NCBI RefSeq assembly: GCF_949298305.1
Contig: NZ_CASFWU010000006.1
Location: 3,507-67,506 of the forward strand
Reading direction: 5' to 3'
Source: an uncultured Bacteroides sp.
Lineage (GTDB): Bacteria > Bacteroidota > Bacteroidia > Bacteroidales > Bacteroidaceae
Length of the DNA: 64,000 nt
The number at the start of each line of letters is the position of its first letter. Positions within the stretch are counted from its first letter, which is position 1. This document shows positions 1-11,890 of the stretch, in pieces. The notes under the pieces are model-generated. The model saw nothing but the letters and a program-made list of their open reading frames with translations. It was not told the DNA's origin and did no database searches. A program made the translations under genes and the position numbers.

Positions 1-2
1 TA

Positions 3-1751
3 GGATACATCCTGATAGCCGGCATCATCATCGGACTGATACTGCAACAAATCCGCCAACGCTACCGGGCACGGCAAAAAATGCTTGAGCACATCCATGC
101 CGAACAGATGAACGAAGCCAAACTTCAGTTCTTTATCAACATCTCTCACGAGATACGCACCCCGATGTCGCTCATCATCAGTCCCCTACAAAAACTGATG
201 TCTACAGATACCAACAGCGAACGCCAGCATACGTACGCCACTATCTACCGCAATGCCGAACGTATTTTGGATTTAGTAAACCAGCTTATGGACATCCGCA
301 AGATTGACAAGGGACAAATGCGTCTGAAGTTTCAGGAGATGGACATGGTGGCATTCATACGCGATTTGTGCTATACCTTCGAATACCAGGCCAACACCAA
401 ACACATCGAATTGAAATTTGAGCCGGAGATGAAAGAACTGATGGTATGGATAGACCCTAAAAACTTTGACAAGGTAATCATGAATCTTCTGTCCAATGCC
501 TTTAAATTCACTCCGGAAAATGGACATATCCAAATCAGCCTGAGTACAGGAAATAATCCGGAAGCCTCGGAAAAGGCCTTACGCAAATATGTAGAAATAG
601 TGATTGCAGATGATGGAATCGGCATTGACGAAAAGGAAATGGAACGTATCTTTGACCGTTTTTACCAAATAAGAAACAGCCAGAACAATATCAATACAGG
701 CACAGGCATCGGACTGCATCTAAGCCGTTCGCTGGTAAAACTGCACTATGGCACCATAAAAGCCGCAAACAATCTACAGGGTTCAGGATGTCATTTCACG
801 ATACGCCTGCCACTTGGCAAAGGACATCTGACTGCAGACGAAATCGAGGAAAAGGCCACCGAAACGAAAGCTCCGGTGCATATTGCCACAGTCATTCCAG
901 AACAACCGATGGCAGAAGAGGAAGAAAAAATACGTGCCAAAACCAGGCGACGCATCCTGATTGTGGAAGACGATGAAGAAATACGCCGTTATATCAGTCA
1001 CGAACTGGGCAGAGACTTCTATATCCAGGAATGTGCCAACGGCAAGGAAGCATTAGCCATCATTCTGCAAAAAGCGCCCGATTTGATTATCAGTGACATC
1101 ATGATGCCGGAAATGGATGGTCTCACCCTCTGCCAGAAAGTCAAGCAAAACATCACCATCAACCACATCCCCATCATCCTGCTAACAGCCAAGAGCCGGG
1201 AAGAGGACAATCTGGAAGGACTCAACATGGGAGCCGACGCCTACATCGTCAAGCCTTTCAGCATCGAGATATTGCGCAAGACGGCCATAAACCTTATCAA
1301 GAGCCGCGACATGCTGAAAAACACATACAGCGGCAATCAGGAACAGGAAGAAAGGGTACAGAAACTGGAAGCCGAATCTCCGGACGAAAGATTACTGAAC
1401 CGGGTGATGAAAGTCATCAACGACAACATAGGCAACGTCAACCTGAATGTGGAAATGATTGCAGCAGAAGTGGGCATCAGTCGGGTACACCTCCATCGGA
1501 AGCTGAAAGAACTGACCAACCAGTCCACCCGCGACCTGATACGGAACGTACGTCTGAAGCAAGCAGCCTCCTTGTTAGCCGGCAAGCACCACAGCATTAC
1601 AGAAGTAGCCTCACTGACAGGATTCGCCAACACAGCCTACTTCTCAACTGCTTTCAAGGACTTGTACGGCATATCGCCTACAGCATACATGGAACAAAAT
1701 TTAGGTTCGAATTCAGAGTCTGAAAAGACGACAGGAGCCGGACCGAAATGA
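3..1751 (+). CDS. Hybrid two-component sensor kinase/response regulator (HTCS), 5'-truncated by window edge
   Basis: The frame is open back to base 3 (GYILIAGIIIGLILQQIRQR = TM helix). It shows the H-box FFINISHEIRTP, N-box KVIMNLLSNAFKFT, G-boxes DDGIGI and GTGIGL, the receiver (IVEDD, SDIMMP, KPF) and a C-terminal AraC HTH. Confidence 0.95.
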   Translation, partial: GYILIAGIIIGLILQQIRQRYRARQKMLEHIHAEQMNEAKLQFFINISHEIRTPMSLIISPLQKLMSTDTNSERQHTYATIYRNAERILDLVNQLMDIRKIDKGQMRLKFQEMDMVAFIRDLCYTFEYQANTKHIELKFEPEMKELMVWIDPKNFDKVIMNLLSNAFKFTPENGHIQISLSTGNNPEASEKALRKYVEIVIADDGIGIDEKEMERIFDRFYQIRNSQNNINTGTGIGLHLSRSLVKLHYGTIKAANNLQGSGCHFTIRLPLGKGHLTADEIEEKATETKAPVHIATVIPEQPMAEEEEKIRAKTRRRILIVEDDEEIRRYISHELGRDFYIQECANGKEALAIILQKAPDLIISDIMMPEMDGLTLCQKVKQNITINHIPIILLTAKSREEDNLEGLNMGADAYIVKPFSIEILRKTAINLIKSRDMLKNTYSGNQEQEERVQKLEAESPDERLLNRVMKVINDNIGNVNLNVEMIAAEVGISRVHLHRKLKELTNQSTRDLIRNVRLKQAASLLAGKHHSITEVASLTGFANTAYFSTAFKDLYGISPTAYMEQNLGSNSESEKTTGAGPK

Positions 1752-1828
1752 AAAGAAGATGGGAAACTCACACTTCACACCTTTACGTAAGAAAGGATAA
1801 AGAACGCAGACAGATTCACGGTTAATCA

Positions 1829-1897
1829 TCAGGCACGGAATTTTCATGAATATGCCAATGTACTCCATTGGATTATCTGTGAAAGTTCCGTGCCTGA
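1829..1897. terminator. Inverted repeat between convergent genes (putative bidirectional terminator/REP-like hairpin)
   Basis: tcaggcacggaa-t-tttca (1829-1846) pairs with tgaaa-g-ttccgtgcctga (1880-1897). Confidence 0.55.
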
Positions 1898-1929
1898 ATT
1901 TAAGATATTGTCAACACCCGCAATCCCGG

Positions 1930-3813
1930 TTACCAGTCATCTGTCCTGAAAGGAGAAGCCAACAGCCCTTCTTTATTACACAGATTGGCATCCTCCGGAT
2001 TATTACTCCAAGCATATCTGACGGCCACCGGATGGGCAACCTCCTTGCTGCTTACAACCACTTTACCGTTTCTGATGACAGCATCGGCCCATACAAACTT
2101 CCGGTCTTCACCGGCAATGGCAAAGTGAGCCAACTTCTTTCCTTTGCAGACAAGTCCGCCACCTTTTTCCGTAAAAGTCAAAATAATCCGGTTGCCTTCT
2201 ATTTTCATACTCTCATACCGCGGTCCCGAACTTACGACTTTCTCGCCATACACAATATCTCTGGCTCCCAAGAACAACCGTTGGGCCACAGCTTTCTTGT
2301 TCAAAGGATGGATGTCATTCCACTCACCTACATCATACGTCACAGCCAAAGCTGTATGCGGTACTTCTTTAGCCACCTTGAACTGGGCTTCACGAATCCG
2401 CGCCCAACCACTGTCAGAAGGCTTCGCGCTTTTCTCCATAAAATTAGGCAATTGCACCAACAAGAACGGAAGCTCCGGTTTGTTCCACAACTCTCTCCAA
2501 TTCTCAATAAGCGCCTTCAAATAAAATTCATACCGCTGGGGTTGTCCGGCATTACTCTCTCCCTGATACCAGATTGCTCCTTTCACCCGATAGTCACGAA
2601 GAGGATAAATCATGCCATTATAGAGTCCCGATCCCGCACTTCGCAGGTTTTTCAGCCGTTCGGTATATTTCCGCACATCGTTCAAGTCCAAACCGACTTT
2701 GTATTTCCATTCACCCGTCAGGTTTACTTCCGCAGCGTCACCCACAATCTTATACGGCTTGTCCGCCACAAAACCGCCGTTACCTCCATTGGAAGTTAAT
2801 TTTACGGCAATCGTATTCTTTCCCTTACACAGCACTCCTGCCGGTATCTGATACTTTCGCGGCGGATAAGTATAGGAAGTCGTACCGACAAAAGTTCCGT
2901 TTACAAAGACTGAATCGCTGTCTATCAGAGTTCCCATGTAAAGTTTGGCATGTCTTCCCACCATTGCATCCGGCAGTACAAAGTCTTTTCGATACCAGAC
3001 AACCCCACGGGCACGGATGCTATTTTCTCTCCATTGCCCCGGAACCACCGTCGTTTGCCAGTCGGAGTCATCCCAATCCTTCAAGTTCCATTGGCCGACA
3101 CCTTTGTCACGTTTTGCCAAGGCCATGCTGTCCAAAGCATTCTTATCCAACAACAAATCCGGGAACGACTTCAAATGTTCCTGACTAATCCAGCTTTCTA
3201 TGGCCGAACCGCCCAGACTGGAGACCAGCATACCTACCGGGACTTGATATTTATTGTATGCCTCCTGTGCAAAGAAATAAGCCAAAGCCGTCCAGTTCAT
3301 CACATCAGATGCTATGCCGGAATGCCACCCGGCCGATCCTGCGATTTCATCCTTCACTTCCTCCACAGAATTTTGTGTCGGAACCTTGTAATGGCGGATC
3401 ATGTGATTGTTTGACACATTAATCTCTGGAAACATATCAGTCAGCCGGCTGATAGGAGTCTCTTGATTGGATTGCCCGGAACAAAGCCAGACATCTCCTA
3501 CCAAAATATCTCTTATCACGATTTCATTGACCTCCATTATAAAAGGTCCACCCGCCTTCTGCGCAGGCAAGAGCACCGACCATTTACCGTCCTGACCGGC
3601 TTCCGTCTCGTAGTAAGCGCCACGAAAACGCACAGTGACCTTTTCGTCCGGAGAGGACCAGCCCCAAATTTTCAATTCCGTATCACGCTGCAATACCATA
3701 CGGTCACTAATCAATCGGGGAAGACGGACCTTGGCTGCCAAAGGTTCCAGCAGCAATATCATCATTCCAAACATGAATAGCAACCGCAAACAACAATACA
3801 CATTTTTCTTCAT
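1930..3813 (-). CDS. SGNH/SASA-domain carbohydrate acetylesterase with inserted beta-sandwich domain (CE20-like / sialate O-acetylesterase family)
   Basis: Signal peptide from MKKNVY (ATG 3813). Motifs CSGQSNQ, WYQGESN and DIHP; the catalytic domain is interrupted by a GH2_N-like domain (VVWYRKDFVLP). Confidence 0.85.
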   Translation of the reverse strand: MKKNVYCCLRLLFMFGMMILLLEPLAAKVRLPRLISDRMVLQRDTELKIWGWSSPDEKVTVRFRGAYYETEAGQDGKWSVLLPAQKAGGPFIMEVNEIVIRDILVGDVWLCSGQSNQETPISRLTDMFPEINVSNNHMIRHYKVPTQNSVEEVKDEIAGSAGWHSGIASDVMNWTALAYFFAQEAYNKYQVPVGMLVSSLGGSAIESWISQEHLKSFPDLLLDKNALDSMALAKRDKGVGQWNLKDWDDSDWQTTVVPGQWRENSIRARGVVWYRKDFVLPDAMVGRHAKLYMGTLIDSDSVFVNGTFVGTTSYTYPPRKYQIPAGVLCKGKNTIAVKLTSNGGNGGFVADKPYKIVGDAAEVNLTGEWKYKVGLDLNDVRKYTERLKNLRSAGSGLYNGMIYPLRDYRVKGAIWYQGESNAGQPQRYEFYLKALIENWRELWNKPELPFLLVQLPNFMEKSAKPSDSGWARIREAQFKVAKEVPHTALAVTYDVGEWNDIHPLNKKAVAQRLFLGARDIVYGEKVVSSGPRYESMKIEGNRIILTFTEKGGGLVCKGKKLAHFAIAGEDRKFVWADAVIRNGKVVVSSKEVAHPVAVRYAWSNNPEDANLCNKEGLLASPFRTDDW

Positions 3814-3875
3814 TTCTTCCTCAACTTTAAAAACCATCATTCATCCATAGATATCCGCAAAATGACATTTATAAA

Positions 3876-3949
3876 TGGGCTACAAACTGAGGGCCCTGAG
3901 ATACAGCAGAAGACTGTCTTTTCTTCAATGGCCCGCAACTTGTAGCCCA
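3876..3949. repeat. Intergenic inverted-repeat element (GCTACAA family)
   Basis: tgggctacaa (3876-3885) / ttgtagccca (3940-3949) is a perfect 10-bp IR, with inner gggcc/ggccc. Confidence 0.65.
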
Positions 3950-3994
3950 GTATAAAAGAAAGTAGCCTAATGAAAGCACACCCTTCTTTTACTC

Positions 3995-7308
<3,314 letters not shown>

Positions 7309-7313
7309 AGTTA

Positions 7314-8192
7314 TCAATTCTGTTTAAACATTCTCGTCACAAACGGCAGGCACTGGTAGAGCGCCGAGTGCCAATACTCCCAATCATGGCCACCGTCGCG
7401 CACACGGAACTGGCAGGGAATGCCGGCACGGCGCATGGCCTGGAAAAATTCGATATTACGGTCCAGCAGGAAATCATCGTCGCCGCAGTCCACATACCAG
7501 GCTACTGTACGCAGCTGCGCCTTGCGGGCCTCGTCGGCCTGGGCTACATAGTCCACACAACTGTTCTCGATGACAGAACGTGTCAGGATGGCCAGCTTGC
7601 CGTTGGGGTCGTCAAAGCGGGCAGCTCCCTGTTCGGGGATGCTCATCAGGGCACTCATGGCGTAAACGGCACAGAACATGTCCGTGTGACGCTGTCCGTA
7701 GCACGTTGCGCCACCGCCGCCCATTGACAGTCCGGCTACGGCACGATGCTGCTTGTCGCCTATCACGCGGTATTTCTTCTCGATAAAGGGCAGGAACTCG
7801 GTATAGAAAAAAGTCTCGTACTTCCAGCCGGGCATGTCGAAGTAACCGTTCTGGTAAACGTTCGGGTCGCCACCGCCGGCATCGGGACTGACAATAATCA
7901 TTTCGCAAGCCTCACCGCTGGCCGTCAGACGGTCCATCACGTCTTTCACGTGTCCGCGCGAAGTCCACACGGAATTGTTCTCCCACATGCCATGCAGCAG
8001 ATAGAGTATCGGATATTGCCGGTTTTTGTCCACATCAAAACTCTGCGGCAGAAAAATAGTATAGGCGCGTTTGGCATTCAGCACCTTACTCTCAATGGTG
8101 TCTGTCAGGACACGACTTTGCGGAAATCCCTGTGCAGCAAGCTGACACGCCGCACAGAAAACTCCCAAAAACAAAATCAATAATTTCTTCAT
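7314..8192 (-). CDS. CE1-family alpha/beta-hydrolase esterase (feruloyl/acetylxylan esterase-like)
   Basis: Signal peptide MKKLLILF. Motifs YPILYLLHG, AVAGLSMGG (GxSxG), DCGDDD, GGHDW. Alternative start 8204. Confidence 0.88.
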   Translation of the reverse strand: MKKLLILFLGVFCAACQLAAQGFPQSRVLTDTIESKVLNAKRAYTIFLPQSFDVDKNRQYPILYLLHGMWENNSVWTSRGHVKDVMDRLTASGEACEMIIVSPDAGGGDPNVYQNGYFDMPGWKYETFFYTEFLPFIEKKYRVIGDKQHRAVAGLSMGGGGATCYGQRHTDMFCAVYAMSALMSIPEQGAARFDDPNGKLAILTRSVIENSCVDYVAQADEARKAQLRTVAWYVDCGDDDFLLDRNIEFFQAMRRAGIPCQFRVRDGGHDWEYWHSALYQCLPFVTRMFKQN

Positions 8193-8204
8193 AGGTCTTA
8201 TCAA

Positions 8205-8324
8205 TTAAAAATTAAAAGTTAAAAGTCAAAGGCTAAAAGAAGAGGAGATTAACGTTCTGTGTCTTCCATACTCCGTTTCTGAAAGTTCTCCGTTCTCCTC
8301 CCACTTCCAATTGTCAGCTTTTAA
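8205..8324. repeat. 7-bp-period intergenic array with partial inverted copy
   Basis: ttaaaaa/ttaaaag/ttaaaag/tcaaagg/ctaaaag at 8205-8239; complementary cttttaa at 8318-8324. Confidence 0.5.
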
Positions 8325-8336
8325 CTTCCAATGTTT

Positions 8337-10283
8337 TCAATTCTCCATTATCACAGCTCCGCCATTGTTGGGAATCACCAACTGTACTTCCTGTTTCTTG
8401 TTGATACGAACCGTCTTCACACCACCTTCCAGGTTCTTGTCATCGCTGTATAAGCTGACTTCCCTGTCGGGGGCCAACATGGGCAGCTTCACCTTCACCT
8501 TCAGCGTCTCGGCTTGGGCATTGACAGCAGCCACGTACCATTTGTCGGCGTGACGGCGGGCCAGGATGACATAACGTCCCGGATAGCCGTCGATGAACTT
8601 CACCTCGTCCCAGGTAGTGGGCACCTGCTTCATGAACTCAACAGCCCACTGCGGAGCATCCGTCAGGTTGTTGGGAGCCATGGCAAAGTGCTGCACGGGG
8701 CTCTGGAACAGGACAGCCGTAGCCAAGGCAAACACATCGGAAGTGACACGGTGGCTGCCCCGCGGTTCGTTCTTCAGGTTATAGTAATGGTTCAGCGTAC
8801 TGCCACCGAAGTCCATGCTACCCACCGTGTTGCGGATGAACGGATGCAGACAAGCGTTGAAAGCCTCGGCATCGCAACTCTTCTGCGAGAAGTTCATGTT
8901 CTCACTGGCCAGCACCGCCTCGCAAGCGACGAAGTTGGGATACATGCGTTCCCAGCCACGCGGCAGCGTACAGCCGTGGAAGATGACCAGCAGTCCGTAG
9001 TCGTTGGCGTCGGCCAGTACGTCTTCATAGAACTTCATGCCCAGCTGCTTGTCGCTGCCGATGAAATCCACCTTGATGCCGCGGATGCCGATGCTCTTCA
9101 TCCACTTCATCTCCTTGCGGCGGCTGATGGTGTTGTGCATGATGCCGCGCGGACTCTGCGGAGCATCGTTCCAATAGCCGTTGGAGTTGTACCAGAGATA
9201 AAGGGCCACGCCCTTGCCGGCTGCGTAACGGGCCAGTTCGGCAATCTTGTCACGCCCCACCTGTGTATCCCACAGGGCATCGACCAATACCGACTGGTAG
9301 CCCATGGCGGCGCTGAAGTCAATGTAACGTTTCTGCTCGTCATAGTTCATGCTGGCATCTCCGCCGATAATCCAGCTCCAGGTACCTGCACCGTACTGAT
9401 AGGTCTGCGAAGGTTCGTAAAGCGGCTTCACCACGTCGAAGGCCACCGTGGTCTCCACGATAGGAGCCAGCGTGGTTCCCAGCGTAATGGTACGCCACGG
9501 CGTCTCGCCCGGCAGAGCGATGCCCGGAGCGGCCGTACCGTTGCCGTTAAATTCCCGCTGGTCGGGATAGCCGATGGCGTAGTGCCCGCCTTCCTTGCCC
9601 AGCAGACGGCTGGCGCAATAGTCGCTGCTGACGCCCGTCTCGGAAATCAGGACCCAACCCTTGTCGCCGTTGCGGAACAGACAGGGGAACGTGTATCCCT
9701 GTCCCCAGCCGTTCTTGCCTACGGGTTCGTCTACCGTATACGGGGTCTCATAGCTGGGATAAGTGCGTGCAAAGCCGCCCATCGGCTCCACCTGCGGACA
9801 GAGGAAAGAAGTGCTGCCCTGGGGCAGTACAAAGCCCGTAGCTTCCTCTTCCACCACGCAACAGAGGGTAGCCCCCTGCGGATACATCCGGTACTTGAAA
9901 GCGATGTCATTGTCGCTCACCTGAAACACTACGTCATAGATTTTCTTTCCGTTCTGGAAAAAGGTAAAAGTCTGCGCATTGGCCTGATAGCGAATGTGGC
10001 TTTCCTTCACAGTGGCCAGCTGATAGGACTCATCAATGGGCGAAACAGAAGAACGTTCCTCCAACACCATCTGGCGGGTAAAGTCGCCGATGTTGGTTTT
10101 CAGACCCAACGCCGAGGGCTCCAGAAAGACCACTCCGTCATAAGTTACCGAATAAGTGGGAATACCGTTTTCGGCCGATACCGAAACGGCCAGACGTCCA
10201 TCAGGACTTTTCAAGGGTTGTTCCTCGGCGCCGACCTTCAGGAAGGCACCCAAAACTGCGAATAAAAATAGTAATTTTCTCAT
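8337..10283 (-). CDS. GH97 glycoside hydrolase, retaining type (likely alpha-galactosidase)
   Basis: LKSPDGRLAV N-terminus, SVLVDALWD, GIKVDF (Asp nucleophile), FHGCTLPRGWERMYPN, GSMDFG. Start at MRKLLF (10283). Confidence 0.9.
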   Translation of the reverse strand: MRKLLFLFAVLGAFLKVGAEEQPLKSPDGRLAVSVSAENGIPTYSVTYDGVVFLEPSALGLKTNIGDFTRQMVLEERSSVSPIDESYQLATVKESHIRYQANAQTFTFFQNGKKIYDVVFQVSDNDIAFKYRMYPQGATLCCVVEEEATGFVLPQGSTSFLCPQVEPMGGFARTYPSYETPYTVDEPVGKNGWGQGYTFPCLFRNGDKGWVLISETGVSSDYCASRLLGKEGGHYAIGYPDQREFNGNGTAAPGIALPGETPWRTITLGTTLAPIVETTVAFDVVKPLYEPSQTYQYGAGTWSWIIGGDASMNYDEQKRYIDFSAAMGYQSVLVDALWDTQVGRDKIAELARYAAGKGVALYLWYNSNGYWNDAPQSPRGIMHNTISRRKEMKWMKSIGIRGIKVDFIGSDKQLGMKFYEDVLADANDYGLLVIFHGCTLPRGWERMYPNFVACEAVLASENMNFSQKSCDAEAFNACLHPFIRNTVGSMDFGGSTLNHYYNLKNEPRGSHRVTSDVFALATAVLFQSPVQHFAMAPNNLTDAPQWAVEFMKQVPTTWDEVKFIDGYPGRYVILARRHADKWYVAAVNAQAETLKVKVKLPMLAPDREVSLYSDDKNLEGGVKTVRINKKQEVQLVIPNNGGAVIMEN

Positions 10284-10404
10284 GATTGTATCATAAATTT
10301 TAGATGTGTCAGCAGGCTTTTCAGAACTTACCCACAAAGATAGCAGGAATCAAGGGTTCAAGCAAGCCCGCCCCACCCCATTATGTCAGGTGAAATACTG
10401 TCTG

Positions 10405-11784
10405 TTATTTCTTGAACTCCCACCAATCGAAGTTGAACAACTGGCAGCCCTTCCGGCCTTTGAAAACGAAGAAAACATCGTGAATACCCGTAACGGGGGC
10501 TGTCACTTTGGTTTCCAACGTCTTCCATTCTTCCCAACCTCCGGTATGGGGCACTTTCAGCTCGGCCACCAACGGACCGCCAATGCTGTCCGTATGCACC
10601 TCCAACGTGCCACCGCGCAGGGCACTGGCCACCGTGGCGCCGAATCCTGCGGGAGACTGCTGTCCGAAGTCCACTTCGCGCACCTTGATGTAGTCTCCGT
10701 CGTGGGCGTCAGAGATATAGATGCCGGTTTTGGCGTTCGGCTCCGACTTCAGCCCCTCGCAGAAGGCGATGGTCTCGGCTTCCACCCGCCGGTAAGGATT
10801 CAAAGTGCCAATCGGCTTCACGCCCTCCTTCGTGGCATTGATGACGGGAAACGTTCCGTCCGGATTGTAGGCGAACTGCTCTACCGCCACGCTGCGGCCG
10901 AAACCGCCGCCGCCCGGCAGCTTGCCCGTATGATAGAAGAAGTAGGAATTGCCCTTGTAGTCAATCACACCGCAGTGATTGGTGAACGAACCGGTGTCCT
11001 GCAGGGGCATAATCTCGCCCATGTACTTCCAGGGGCCGAGCGGGCCGTCGCTCATGGAGTAGGCAATGTGTTCGGGCACTCCGCCTGCCGCGTAGAGCAG
11101 GTAATACTTGCCGCCGCGCTTGTAGAACCACGGACCTTCTGTGTACACGTCCTTGTACTTCGTGCCCTTCACACGTTTTTCGGGGTTGGGAGCGCCGAAG
11201 CTCTCCTCGGTCTGTTCCAGCTTGCCCACTTCGCCCTTCAGCGAAATCATGTCATCGTTCAGCTTGGCATAATAGATGTTGGGGTTGCCCCAGTAGAGAT
11301 AGGCTTGCCCGTCGTCATCAATGAACACCGTGGGGTCGATGTAGTCCCAGCTGCCGTCGCAGAGGGGTTTGCCGATGGCATCCTTGAACGGGCCGAGCGG
11401 CGAATCGCCCACTGCCACACCGATGGCCATGGCGTTGGACAGTTTGGAATGCAGGCAGACGTACCAATAGAACTTGCCGTTGCGCTCGATGCACTGTGCG
11501 GCCCAGGCGCGGTCGTCGGCCCACTCAAACGACTCGATAGCGAGCGGAGAGCCGTGGTCGGTCCAGTTCACCATGTCGCGGGTAGAATAGACGCGCCACT
11601 CCTGCATCCAGAAGAAGTCGGCCTTGTCCTCGTCGTGGCCGGTATAGACGTAAAGCGTACCGTCGTGCTCCATGGGAGCCGGGTCGGTCGTAAACCAGGT
11701 TTGTACAATGGGGTTCTGCGCATTCAGGTTGAAACTCAGCGCAGAGGTCAGCAGGCAAGCTGCCAGAGTAAGTGGATGTTTCAT
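10405..11784 (-). CDS. GH43 (subfamily 29-like) xylosidase/arabinofuranosidase + C-terminal CBM6
   Basis: NPIVQTWFTTDPAP, IDPTVFIDDDG, YTEGPW, TNHCG; CBM6-like NPYRRVEAET...FNFDWWEF. Start at MKHPL (11784), alternative 11811. Confidence 0.9.
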   Translation of the reverse strand: MKHPLTLAACLLTSALSFNLNAQNPIVQTWFTTDPAPMEHDGTLYVYTGHDEDKADFFWMQEWRVYSTRDMVNWTDHGSPLAIESFEWADDRAWAAQCIERNGKFYWYVCLHSKLSNAMAIGVAVGDSPLGPFKDAIGKPLCDGSWDYIDPTVFIDDDGQAYLYWGNPNIYYAKLNDDMISLKGEVGKLEQTEESFGAPNPEKRVKGTKYKDVYTEGPWFYKRGGKYYLLYAAGGVPEHIAYSMSDGPLGPWKYMGEIMPLQDTGSFTNHCGVIDYKGNSYFFYHTGKLPGGGGFGRSVAVEQFAYNPDGTFPVINATKEGVKPIGTLNPYRRVEAETIAFCEGLKSEPNAKTGIYISDAHDGDYIKVREVDFGQQSPAGFGATVASALRGGTLEVHTDSIGGPLVAELKVPHTGGWEEWKTLETKVTAPVTGIHDVFFVFKGRKGCQLFNFDWWEFKK

Positions 11785-11890
11785 GGTTTTCAAGTTTATT
11801 TCAATTTTCAACTAAGTTTTGATGCAAATGACAGACAGGGCAATGACGATGACTCCGAAGAAGCCCCATCCACCGGCACACCGGAACGCA

